DNA of 64,000 bases, taken from assembly GCA_010356995.1 (NCBI GenBank), contig ML996705.1, positions 372,001-436,000 on the forward strand. Direction: 5' to 3'. The position numbers were made by a program, and so were the translations under genes. Shown in pieces: positions 11,413 through 22,328 of this stretch (the stretch's first letter is position 1; each line of letters begins with the position of its first letter). The stretch comes from Trichodelitschia bisporula. Its lineage: Eukaryota. A model generated the notes under the pieces. The model was not told where the DNA came from and did no database searches. It saw only the letters and a program-made list of their open reading frames with translations.

Positions 11413-13050
11413 TCAAAAACCCTTATATCCATAATACCCCTCCCCCAACGCCTCATCCAACGCCGCCGCCAGACCCCACCCAAGATCAACCCTCTCCCCC
11501 AGCGGCGCCATCCCCGCCGGGCCCGCAAACCTCCCCCCCAACCCACCATACCCGGGCACCGCCCCCCCAACCCCCCTCCAATCCTCCCTAAGCCCCCTCA
11601 CATTCTCCGCATTCAACAGCCCAAAAAACCCCGCCCCCGCCTCAATAACCCCCGCATTCCCCCGTCGGCGCATAAACCCCCTCGCCCACTCCCTGAGCTC
11701 CGGATCAGGGGCCCAACGCCCATCCTCCGCCGGGGCCGGGGCGGTGTATATGGCTCTGAGCAGAGCGACCGGATCCTCCCTCGCAACCGCCGCCCCCCAA
11801 AGACGCTCCATCGCACAACGGGCCAGCTCGTCGAAGCCCATCTTCGCTGCGAGCGAAAAGACGCGTATATCCGTGAGGACGACGTGCGGCGCGCGCGGCG
11901 GGGCGGGAAGGATAAGCGGTGGGCCCCGACCGTCTTCGAACGCCAGGTCAAGACCATACGTCCCATCCTCCACGAACGCGAGCAGGGCCTCGATGACCGC
12001 CTCCGGCGTATCAGCGGGTGCTTCGAGTTGTCTATTCTCGCCCTGAAAATTGCGCGCCAGACCCGGCCATCGCGCCAGCGTGCCGCGCGCAATCGCGAAC
12101 GGCTTGCCCTGCCACAAAATCTCGACCCACGCGTCTTTATTCCCCTTCTCGCTCTCCGGAATTGAAATCGGTTTCCCATCCTCAAACGCATAGATCGGGC
12201 GATCCACGGCAGGGAGACAAGTCCCCGTGTACCACTCCCCCACCTTATCAGCAGCCAACGCCTCGACGGCAAGCGTACACGCGCTGCACCCCCTATCATC
12301 CTCCCCCCTCCGCCCCAGCGCATGTCGTTTATACGGATCGAAGGCGGGGAAGTCGGCGTACAGCGGGGGTACGGCGGCGATGGCCGCGTGGGAGAAATCG
12401 AGCGGTAGGGGCGCGCACTCTGTCATTCCGCTCAGCTCTTTGATGCGGTACAGGAGGATCCCGAAGTGCTCGTCGTGGCTGAGACGCGGGTCCGCGGCGC
12501 CGGGGGCGGGCGGCTCAGCCACAGCCAGGAAATACGCGTGGATCATTTGGTGCAGGAGCGTAGCGAGGATGAACTCGATCGCGGCGGTGCGGTCCATAGC
12601 CTTGTGCACGCCACACACAATCTGCTGATTCAAGCGAATCGCGATCCCCGGCCCCTTACGCCCGGCCACAAACGTGCGTCCAGCAACATCGCCGCTCAGC
12701 GCAGCCGACAACCCGATGCTCACATTCGCATCGCCGAGCTTCGAGCAGAAGAGCTTGCGGTCGAAGCAGGAGAACGATTCCTGCAGGAACTGGTTGATGG
12801 TGATTTGGCGCCAGCTGCGTGTGTGCTGCATGGCTGCCGCCAGGTCGTCCTTGTTGGCGTCCATGTGCTTGACGGCGTTGACGGTGGCCTCGTCAAGAGT
12901 CACTGGGTCTCTGACCCTGTAAGGCGAGGGCGCGCGGCGGCGCGGGCGGTGCAGGACCGGAGCATCGAAATGATGGTGAGGGAGGAGATGGGGCACGCCG
13001 CGGTAACGAGGGTGGGCGGGGGCCGGGAAAGGGGGAGCGTAGCGATACAT
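11413..13050 (-). CDS. Hypothetical protein with an SprT-like zincin domain (HQxxH) and a C-terminal BTB/POZ-like domain
   Basis: Long ORF from ATG 13050. ILATLLHQMIHAYF...SHDEHFG resembles SprT TLLHEMIHAY...GH..F. The C-terminal VIEALLAFVEDGTY...DIRVFSLAAKMGFDELARCAMERL resembles fungal BTB domains. Confidence 0.68.
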   Translation of the reverse strand: MYRYAPPFPAPAHPRYRGVPHLLPHHHFDAPVLHRPRRRAPSPYRVRDPVTLDEATVNAVKHMDANKDDLAAAMQHTRSWRQITINQFLQESFSCFDRKLFCSKLGDANVSIGLSAALSGDVAGRTFVAGRKGPGIAIRLNQQIVCGVHKAMDRTAAIEFILATLLHQMIHAYFLAVAEPPAPGAADPRLSHDEHFGILLYRIKELSGMTECAPLPLDFSHAAIAAVPPLYADFPAFDPYKRHALGRRGEDDRGCSACTLAVEALAADKVGEWYTGTCLPAVDRPIYAFEDGKPISIPESEKGNKDAWVEILWQGKPFAIARGTLARWPGLARNFQGENRQLEAPADTPEAVIEALLAFVEDGTYGLDLAFEDGRGPPLILPAPPRAPHVVLTDIRVFSLAAKMGFDELARCAMERLWGAAVAREDPVALLRAIYTAPAPAEDGRWAPDPELREWARGFMRRRGNAGVIEAGAGFFGLLNAENVRGLREDWRGVGGAVPGYGGLGGRFAGPAGMAPLGERVDLGWGLAAALDEALGEGYYGYKGF

Positions 13051-14005
13051 GTCTCCAGCTGAAAAAAAGCACGAGCCCACGAACTGAACGGACGAAGGAA
13101 CGGGAGGAGAAAACGACCTGATGGGATTAAAGCAGAAAGCGGCCAGGGCGGCAAAGATATAAACAATCGCAAACGGTTAGACGCGCGACACAGCCGGCCG
13201 TCGGACGAGGTTGGTTTGCAGGCATGACGAATGGACGACGCCCTTCCCGATCAATCCAAATTCGAACACGTCAGAAGGGCGGCGTTGGACGTGTTTGTTT
13301 GGAACCCGCACATTTTGGGCGCCTTTTACGTCGTGCAAGGCGGGGATACTATCGCAGTCCTGGGTCTATGGGATGCCGGCGCCAGTGGCGGTTGTGAGTG
13401 CAGGAAACGGAAAATTTACGCTCCCCACCGTTTGGCTAATGACACAACTCCCGTCAGCTATCCGTCGGCCATGCTACATATTCACCGATGTGGAAAACTT
13501 ACCCCCTGAAGCATGGCTGCTTGCCGACACGACAGTAAGCCGTGTTCAGAAATTCCTCCACACACCATCTCCCAGCCGCATGTCAAAGGGGTTGAGGGTG
13601 TTTGGCTTGCCGTCTCCAAGACTTACAAGCCAAAGATGCCAAAGTCAACGATCAAGCAAAAACACGAGTTAAAGACAGAATCGAATTTCCAACTAAGCAG
13701 TTTTTACCTACAGCGCGCATCCAACAAATCCACAAGGGGGAGCGAGTTCATCATATCTACAGCAGTGAAAAGGGCCCAAAGCAAATGCGTGTGCGACTGA
13801 CCGACACCAATCCGCCCCCCAGCTCCAGGTAAAACGGGGGGTGGGGGGGGAGTAGGCTAATTAGGTGCAACGGGCATCTCGCCAAATCAGTTGTGCCATG
13901 TTCCGGGGGTTGTGGTATGCGTGTGCTCTCGCGCCCATGCATCCCCGCCGTTCGTGTGGCTGAGCGGGACCGTAACGCCGCCATATTTGTACATGTTTCC
14001 TTGGT

Positions 14006-14912
14006 TTAGTAGTTTGGCCTCGGGAACTGATCGTCGGCGGGAGGGGGGCCGGGGCGGCCAGTGGTGGAGGGAGCACGACCGCTGCCACCTTCACCGTAGT
14101 GCTTCCGCCGCAATGCCGCAAGCCGCTTCTTCTTGGTGTGGGCGTTGATGTAGGTGCCAATGATGAAGGCGACAATGTTGAAGAAGGGCACCCACGTCTC
14201 CTGAGGCAGGAACTGCTGGGCAAACGCGAGGCAAATGGGCGACGTAATCCAGCTGACCTTCATGACGGGCCAGAAGCCGGCCCGAACCGTGGCCCTGACT
14301 TGGTGGAAGGTGTGCGCACCCGCGATGATGGCCATGGTGACGAGGTATACCGAGTTCTGGATCGGGGAGATCTGAAAGGAATGAGATTTAGAGCAACGAG
14401 AGAGAGGGGGAACGAAAAAAAGGGAGTTCGTACGATCAGGTTGCTCGTCAAGATCTGGGCGATCTTCGACTTCAAGCTCGTCTTACCCTCGAACAGCCAC
14501 TGCAGTGCGTTGATGAGCACATGGCCGAGCGGGGCGCTGATGAAAGAGCCGTACAGCGCCATCTTGGGGACGCGCGACGTAAAGTAGTGGCCATGCTTGC
14601 TCCTGTCATGCGCAATCCACGACGCGAGCAACTCCTGCAGACCCGAAAGTGTGCCGGACGTCAGCATCTTGGTGCGCAACGGATTCGACTGGAGCTGCTT
14701 GAGGTAGGCCTGCTTGTGCGCGCGCGCATGTTAGAGAGGGCGATGGCAAAGGTCCGAGAATGGGGATTTTGACGCACAGCCAGGTACCCATTGGGTCCGC
14801 TACCCTTCGTGATGGCCTCGCCAACCTTGTGGGCGAGGTCATGCTTGCCGCCCGACTTACCACCTGTCAAGGTGGTGGTGACGGTCTCCTCCTTGAACTT
14901 GACTTGCGACAT
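14006..14912 (-). CDS. wsc: Mpv17/PMP22-family peroxisomal membrane protein, probable Woronin sorting complex protein
   Basis: Spliced reading (2 introns): ...GPNGYLA|AYLKQLQSNPLRTKMLTSG...RVPKMALYG..ISAPLGH...SNLI|ISPIQNSVYL...WVPFFNIVAFIIGTYINAHTKKKR. The family call is firm; WSC orthology is recalled from memory. Confidence 0.82.
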
Positions 14913-15057
14913 GGCGCGAGTCGCAAAAGCGCGTCAAAGTCGTGATCTAAGCGGAAGTGGACGGATGCGCGTCGCGACAAAGTCGACGGAGGTTGATGAC
15001 GGAGTTTGGAGACGGGACGGAAGAGAGGAGCTGAGGGTGGTTGGTCGTGACGGAGAA

Positions 15058-15085
15058 GGGATGGGATGGGATGGGATGGGATGGG
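15058..15085. repeat. (GGGAT)5 microsatellite upstream of the PMP22/wsc gene
   Basis: gggatgggatgggatgggatgggatggg read directly. Confidence 0.9.
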
Positions 15086-16989
15086 GACGATGAGATGGCG
15101 GGTGGTGTTGGTGGTTAGCCGACGGAGGGGGCCGGTGTTGTTGCTGGCTTTGATCGCTCTTGCCGTTTGGGGGTGGGCGTTTATGGTAGGCGCGCTGGGA
15201 CCCGATCAAGCGTCATCCGAGGCGCAAAGAGAAGGGACGACCTTAGAGAGCGGGGGAAGGGCCGGGGGTGATGAGGAGTGGGGAAAGTGCGAGTGCAAAC
15301 AGAAGAAGGGACGAGAGAGAGAGAGGGCGAGATGGAGAGAGAGTGCACTGAAAGTGATGGAGCTGGGGGGGGGGAGGGGGGGGGGGATTGAGTGGTTTGT
15401 TTTGCCTTTGCGAACCTCTCACGGTCAGCTCCCTTTCTCACCAGCTCTCCCTCTGCTGCCCTTCGAGGGAAATTGTGGAGGCTGGTCGAAGGCACAGCTG
15501 GCATTATTAGCCGGGATTAGTCGCATCAGCTTGGCGCCCCACCAATGCTACTTTCCGATAGGATGGTTCAACATGCGGACCCTTGCCCTGACATTGACCC
15601 GAGGAAGCTCTAGCAGCGGAAGAGTAAACAAACCAGAGGACGCGGTTGCTCGTGATACCGTATCTCAACTGTCGTATCGTCTTATTGATGATGGTGCTGC
15701 TGTTGTTATCGTCGCTGCTGTGTCCTCTCTCCCTCACCTTAGCCGCGCGTGTCCGGGATGTAGAGTAGTTCACTTACGACCCATATGTAAACACGGCGAG
15801 ATTCCCATGTCCGCTCTGCGCTCTCTGCAGGTCCAGTCCGGGGTTCGGAGAATGCCTACCGTGCAGTAAGTGGCCGGATCCGACCACCCACCTTGTGTGA
15901 ACTCGATACTGACCCTCGGCAGCTGCCACCAGCCTTATTCAACCCCGCATCCAGACCTGCCTTGAGGCTAGCTGTCGACCGTGATTTCTTGTTGCTTGGT
16001 ATCTGGCCATTCTGAATGGAAGAAGTTCACTGATGTCCTACTTGTTGGAAGGCGGTTGCGGGGAAGAGTCGAAAGCCTCGTCCGGAAATCTGTTCGTCTG
16101 CTTGTGAATGCTCAGCATGTCCGTCCTTCACATCGGAGGAGTGCAGTGAAGGGGACTGCATCCAAAGTTAGCACGGAGCATGAACAGGTTAGATGGAGGA
16201 GGGCCTTGACTTGTATCGCAGGATGTCTTCTCCGCGAAAGCATCATGACAGACGAGAGACTCCATGCGAGATTCCACACTTGGATGAGATACAACCTCAC
16301 CCCTCTGTTTGCCTCCAACTAACAAAGTAACATTCAGCGAAGAATAATTGAGTGTTGCTCCTCACCTTTCACAAATGCTAGAGAGATGAAAGACGTGCTT
16401 GAAGTCGTCGGACCCTCTTCCAGAAGAGGACAAGTGCGAACTGCCGAATATCCCTGCAGTTGCCTGAAGCAGCAACCACGGTTCACGATGCTCTAAGGCT
16501 CGGCATTGACGCAAGAGGGCGACGACATATGTTCCGAGCGAGGAAGCAGCAGCCCGAGGGAGGAACAAACTTGCCAGAGAAGGAACGGCCTGTCGGTCAC
16601 TTGGCCGCACCGTCTCTCCTTCCCATCTCCAGTCTCGGTGTGCATTTATGTGAACGTCACTGTCTACTACTCACCAGCAGCTATCGCCATCACCATCGCC
16701 GCCAACGAAAACAAACGGATCCTCCATCACCACCACCATTCTGTTTTCCATTCCCTCTTCTTCCATTTCGCGGACACATCTCCTCGCTCGCTACAGCACA
16801 CTTTAGATATCTATTCGGGTTAGTCGCCAACTTTGTCAAATACATTAACGCAAGTATCCTGTTCACCGCGATCTGTACTCGAAGATGGTGGTCAAAGATT
16901 CCCTCTCAAGTGCACGCTCTGACAAACCTCCTCTCGTAGACTGCCTCTCCAAGCCGTCAAACTCTTTTGAAGAAGCCGATCTCTCCACC

Positions 16990-18252
16990 ATGGCTCGCGT
17001 CAAACCCAATTGCACTCACATCAAGATGGACATATGCTTTACCGACGATCGCTGCGACCTCTGCGGCAGGAATTCGCCTTTCCGATGGCTCTACGAGTGT
17101 AAGCAGGACGAAGTGGTCACGGTCGCCCGCCGTCAGCAACTACGCACTCTGCGTGACACCTTCACGTCACCCCCCACATCCGTGATAGCCGAGCTACAAT
17201 CCCTGGGCTTTAGCGAATCGGTCATCGATCAAGCGAGGAACGGCCACTACACGCCAGCGGAGATTGAGAAGCTCAAAAACCAGAAGCTACACCTGCAAAA
17301 GACCATCGATAAGCAAATGCAGACAATGAGAGCCGGCCACAACCGGTCGTCGAGTTCGGCCACTTCGTCTCTTCAGCCCGAGGGTGTGCAGGTTGCCGAG
17401 ACGCAATCCACCCTTACTGTATACAGGGGCACACGCCCCAACATTACTGTATACAATGGCAACCCGCGTCGTACGTCGCTGAGCATGGTTCAGCGACACG
17501 CTAGCATACGTCGCAACTCAGAGGCGCTGACCAAGTGCAACAGGAAGTTCTGCCAGGTGGGTCCGATTCTGACGCAGCGAAGCGCTGTTAACAGTGATTA
17601 GTACTGCCGCTTCTACTACAAGGACCGGGCCTTCCAGTCCTTTGGCGCAGTCTTCGCCGGCGAGGTTCAGCCCCCGACCTTCGAACCCCCCATCTCGGAT
17701 GTAAATGTCGTCCGCAATCTTGGGTTGAAAAAGGAGACGTTCGTCGAGACGGTCACCAATATCTGCGCCCAATACGACTCGGCCGACTCTGAAAGCACCG
17801 ATGATGTATTTCAAGATTTTGACGAATCGCCGCAAGACTTCGTTGACCATGCAGACCCAATGTTGTCCCAGTTGGCGCTGTCCGATCAGTTGACCAATCT
17901 GGAGCTCGAGTACAGCCACAACTCGCGGTTCGCCAACCGTCGGGAATCGACCGAGGAGGACGACAGCGGAAACGATATCTCACCAGAAACGCTGCGTGCG
18001 AATCTCCAGCGTATGTTCCGCACCTTTGCCCCTAACGACGTAGGACCCGTCCGTGACTCTCCCGTGCTGGCCTCGGCTTCTCCCGAGCAGATCAGCCACG
18101 TGATGGTCACTGTTGCGGACAAGGGAAAGGAGACGCTGCAGCCGACGAACGCCGAGAGCACGCCGGCCAGCGAGATTGAAGTCGATGGGGGGTTGGCGCT
18201 GACGGAGGAGGCGGTGGAGATGCAGACGCCGGATCTGATTACTCAAGTCTGA
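16990..18252 (+). CDS. Hypothetical protein with Cys/His clusters (possible Zn-binding) and an acidic C-terminus
   Basis: MARVKPNCTH...RCDLCG..WLYECKQD...KCNRKFCQ|YCRFYYKDR. The intron at about 17557-17600 joins the two ORFs in frame. Confidence 0.7.
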
Positions 18253-18561
18253 TTTTTGATTTCGACTGATTTGCAGATAGGACTAGTCCTGAGTTTAGTT
18301 GTACGCTGGATTTTCGATCAGCTAGCGCATCAGACATTCGCGGATTTCCTACGGCGTACATTGGGACAATATGGACCGGCGTCTTTTGCGGGTATCACGG
18401 GGGCATTTAGCGGGTGCGGACGAAGGTGCTGGGCATTAAAGGGGTACTTTTTCGGCGCAAGCTGGCTATTTTACAGGTCTATGAGGTGGTGGGGAATCGA
18501 ATGCCATGCAAGCGCTCGAGTGACATGTATGCAAAAGACAAAAATCTGTCAAAGGTGACGT

Positions 18562-19485
18562 CTAAGCGCTCTTGGCCCACAGATCGCGCAGCCCCACCCC
18601 GCTCGCCACCGTCCCCAGCAGGCCAACTTGTATGGGACTCAAAATGCCCGTCGCCCGACTCCAGTGTATCGTCATGGGCGCATAGCACACATCCGCCACG
18701 AGTGACCGCCACCACGCCGCTACCTCGGCGGAGCGCTTCTCGGCCTTGACTCCTCCTGCAGCATCTTCCTTCGCCCAGAGTGCGCGCACGCGTGCTAGCC
18801 GTACGAAATCGAGCGCAACGTGCGCGGCCCAGAAACGGGAGCTGTACATCCAGTCCTTGCCCACTTGCAGCGGTGTCCGGGAAACGACGCCGTGCTGCGC
18901 GAGATAGGCCCTGTTTTCGAGGAATTGGAAGCAGATGTTCGCGGTTACTTGCGCGGCGGCGATGAAGTGCAGGACTGTGTCTTGGGGTGGGGAGTAGACG
19001 ACGGATTTGGCCCAGGCGTAGATGCCGAGGAGACCCCAGAGGCGGGTGAAGATTCTGTGGTCGCTGATTAGCCGTGCCAGGGCGGCGGAGGAGGTTGTTA
19101 TGGTGGTGAGGGCGGCGGTGCCGGGGGGGGCAGGGATTGTTAAAGAGACGGATTCGCCGGGCAGGAGGGTCTTTTGGGCGGTGTTGAGGAGGTGGGTTAA
19201 GAGGTGGCGGAGGCGGCTGGTGAGGGTGTGTGAGGCGAGGGCGGAGAGCAGGGTTAGGGTGTAGGTTGCTACGCTGAGGAGTTTATCTGTTCCCGAAGGG
19301 GTGGCGAGGATGCGGGTTAGGCGGGAGATGGTGAGGTCTGCGTGGGCGAGGAGGGCGTGGTGCGTGGGTTTGCGGGGGAAGGAGGGGGGGGGGGAGGAGG
19401 GGGTCGGCGTGGGGAGCGGGGGTGGGGGGATAGTTGCCGCTGTGGGGGCGTCGGCGGGAGGGGGGAGGTCGGTTGAGGACGACAT
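18562..19485 (-). CDS. Peroxin Pex11-family protein (Pex11C-like)
   Basis: Motifs GTDKLL..ATYT, DHRIFTRLWGL, FQFLENRAYLAQHGV, SSRFWAAHVALDFVRL and YAPMTIHWS. Single exon, 307 aa. Confidence 0.82.
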   Translation of the reverse strand: MSSSTDLPPPADAPTAATIPPPPLPTPTPSSPPPSFPRKPTHHALLAHADLTISRLTRILATPSGTDKLLSVATYTLTLLSALASHTLTSRLRHLLTHLLNTAQKTLLPGESVSLTIPAPPGTAALTTITTSSAALARLISDHRIFTRLWGLLGIYAWAKSVVYSPPQDTVLHFIAAAQVTANICFQFLENRAYLAQHGVVSRTPLQVGKDWMYSSRFWAAHVALDFVRLARVRALWAKEDAAGGVKAEKRSAEVAAWWRSLVADVCYAPMTIHWSRATGILSPIQVGLLGTVASGVGLRDLWAKSA

Positions 19486-20471
19486 TGTGGATTGAATTTG
19501 GTGGTGCGGACGAGGTGAGGTTGACGACGGCGACGATGGAGGTGGTGATGTGGTCCTTTTGGGTCGTTGTCTGTCTGTCTGGGGTAGGGTGGGATGCGGG
19601 ACAGGGGGGGGCTAGCGGGGGCGCGACGTGCCGAGCGGGCCCGAGGCTGTTGATATCCGCTGCTTTGGAGGGTTGCGGGGGGTGGATTTCAGGTACGGGC
19701 CGACTCCTGAGGTGAGAAATTGAGATTGGGCTGGGTGCTGGCGCGAGGTTGAATTTGGAGATGTACTGGCGATGGAGGGTTTGATATCGCTGCATTGGCG
19801 ATGCGGAGCTTTATCTTTCTTCCTTCCCGGGCAGTTGAGCTAGCGAGAGCAAAGCTGGCGACGTGGACGCTTAGCGGCGGTGCCTGGCTACCCTGCTCTG
19901 ATCTGATCCGAGGTTCGGCTCCGTCGCCGTGGTATGCGCCGCGACGACCTATAGGAGGGAACTCTGGGGACACGTTGGGCTGTGGTAAGAGGTTCATTGG
20001 GAGTAGTGTTTCGGGACATATGAAGCTTTCAAGAGGAATGTTTTGGGTGATGCTATTGCGAGTATCGGAGTGTGGTGGTGAGAGGGAGGGTATGCCGGGT
20101 AACTGGGGCACGGCAGGATGCATGAAGATTAGATGATCTGGTTCCTGGTTGCGGCGGTGATTGAGATAGGGATTGCGAACTGCGCTTGGTATTTTTATCG
20201 CAGTTTCGATGTTGAAGGAGGCGAAGCTGGCCCATACTCAATTATCTCGCATACTGTACCGAGCCGAACTCCACACCCGGCCTTGCCGAAGCATCATAAA
20301 AACTCTCCACCATGCCCCCAACATCACCACCAGCCGACCTTGGCACCCACCATCTCCAAAAAGATCTTTCGCAGATAAACTTCGGAAGCGGTAGTTCGCA
20401 ATCGGACCGGCACGCAAAAAAATATCACGGCTTCACTACCCGCAAAAAATCACATCGAACACAAATCGTGA

Positions 20472-20554
20472 AGGTCCTACCCGGACTCGAACCGGGGTCC
20501 CGGGAAAGCTTCCATATCAGAATCCCGTGTGCTAACCAACTACACTATAAGACC
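20472..20554 (-). tRNA. tRNA-Gln(CTG) with a 10-nt intron (20507-20516)
   Basis: Acceptor stem GGTCTTA/TAGGACC. Anticodon arm CGGGA-TT-CTG-A[intron]T-TCCCG. T arm CCCGG-TTCGAGT-CCGGG. A T-run terminator follows downstream. Confidence 0.95.
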
Positions 20555-20683
20555 GCTTGAATCGATGTCTCGCAACCCCGTATGCTGGTATATCTACATG
20601 CCCGCTCGCCTATCCGGCTCATCATTACCCGCCCGAACGCCAAAGATCCACCCTCCCTCATGCAATGAGCCATCTCACTTCCC

Positions 20684-21856
20684 CTACAGCAGAACTCCCA
20701 AAGCGCCCACAACTCCCCCAACAACCCCCCCCAGCACCCCCAAAACCCCCTCCCCCCTTATCCCCGGCCCAACAGCCATCCCACTCTGCAACCCAATCCC
20801 ACTCCCCACCGCCCCCCCAATCCCCCCCCCAGAAGGAGCCACATCCTGCGTAATAACCACCGTTCGCGTCCCAATCACCGCCTCCCCGCCCCCAGGCGCC
20901 ACACTAACCGTTTGCCCCCCCACCACAACCCCAGATCCGCCGGGACTCAACGTCTGCCCATTAACCACGAACGTCCCTCCCGGGCCCGCGGTTAGCGTCG
21001 TCGACGGCAGGACGATGACGCCTCCTCCTCCATCGCCTCCCACAGCTCCCCCTCCTCCACTCCCTCCGCTGCCGCTGCTCCCGCCGCCCTGTTGGCCAGC
21101 TGCAGGCGGCGCCCCCGTCGCCTTCACGATTACGGCGCGCGCTGAGACAGCCAGGACTTGCACGCTGGTATGCGTAACCGCGGGGGCGCCCGACGGCGCG
21201 CCAAGCAGCGTGCTCGAGCTCGTGAGCAGCGGACTCCGCGCCGGGCCGCCTATTTCGTGCACACAGGAGCTCGGATCCCCCCCAACCGCCGCCGAGACCG
21301 CAGGTAGCGCATCCAGAAACGCCGAAACGCTCGGCCGCGGGTCCGGCACATCGACCGGGAATATAAGCCGCGCCTGCGAAGGGGCAGGGAGCGGGATGGT
21401 AGTCAAACTGGCGTAGCAGAAAGCATTGCCGCCGGTGAAGGGTTTGTTGCTCCCGGCGAGCGGGGACGTAAACGCCACGTAGGTCGTCGGATACGTCAGC
21501 GTAACTCCCAACGTCGTCCACGTCACGGCCTCCGGGGTGGAGAGTGGTTTTTGGGCTGTGGCGGAGGAGGTGTAAACTGCGTAGGTGGAGAAAGAGGTTA
21601 CGGTTTCGCCGTTGGGGTAGATGTAGAGGTAGGGCACGATGGTGGCTTTTTGCGTCGTGGTTACTTCGCGCACCATGCCCGGGTAGCTGAGGGTAGTTTT
21701 GAAGATGTTGACTGTGCAGCCTGTGCAGCTGCCTGGCGGGGCCGGGAGGGTGGAGGTCGAGATGCTGGTTGTGTTGGCGTAGGACGAGGCGCCCGCGGCG
21801 AGCGGGGCGTGCGCTGCTAGGCTGAGTGCCAGAGCGAGTGTCGGTGTCTTCATCAT
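20684..21856 (-). CDS. Secreted Ser/Thr/Gly-rich cell-surface protein, probably GPI-anchored
   Basis: Signal peptide MMKTPTLALALSLAAH. Thr-rich body with VVNGQTLSPGG/VVGGQTVS repeats. Hydrophobic C-terminal tail. Confidence 0.75.
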   Translation of the reverse strand: MMKTPTLALALSLAAHAPLAAGASSYANTTSISTSTLPAPPGSCTGCTVNIFKTTLSYPGMVREVTTTQKATIVPYLYIYPNGETVTSFSTYAVYTSSATAQKPLSTPEAVTWTTLGVTLTYPTTYVAFTSPLAGSNKPFTGGNAFCYASLTTIPLPAPSQARLIFPVDVPDPRPSVSAFLDALPAVSAAVGGDPSSCVHEIGGPARSPLLTSSSTLLGAPSGAPAVTHTSVQVLAVSARAVIVKATGAPPAAGQQGGGSSGSGGSGGGGAVGGDGGGGVIVLPSTTLTAGPGGTFVVNGQTLSPGGSGVVVGGQTVSVAPGGGEAVIGTRTVVITQDVAPSGGGIGGAVGSGIGLQSGMAVGPGIRGEGVLGVLGGVVGGVVGALGVLL

Positions 21857-22328
21857 GCGCGAGGCTGGCCAAACGAGGGGACGACGAAGAGAATGAATCC
21901 ACAGCCTGGTACAAAAACAGCAGACGAAGCGGTTTTGACCTCCGTCGTCAGTTCCTTGGTCTTTTCGCCTCCATGCGCGTCTGAGCCACGCTCGTATTCA
22001 CAGCGCGCCCAGCCGGCACGGGGTACGAGATCCGCATTCGGCAGGGGCCGCAGCGCTCAACACGGGCTAGAAAAAGCGCGGAGTTCCCCCGCGCGTCCGC
22101 GGGCCGGTGGGCTAACGACGACGGCGCCATGATACGGATATCCAGTTGGCCATATTAATTACAGACTAACCTCCCTTCCCCACCTCACTGAAGACTGATG
22201 CTGAAAGAAAATCAACACCCCCCGCTACATTAAGACCCCGCTGCATTGCGGCCACATATACTGGCCCCCCCAAAAAACGATGGAAACGAAGAGGAACGCG
22301 CGGCGTCGATGCCATATGCCTTCCTGTG

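Noticed and set aside
11266..12165. 299-aa plus-strand ORF and other long antisense ORFs (e.g. 20529-21416, 30229-31077, 41316-41978)
   Set aside because: These are shadows of GC-rich genes on the opposite strand, with low-complexity Pro/Arg translations.
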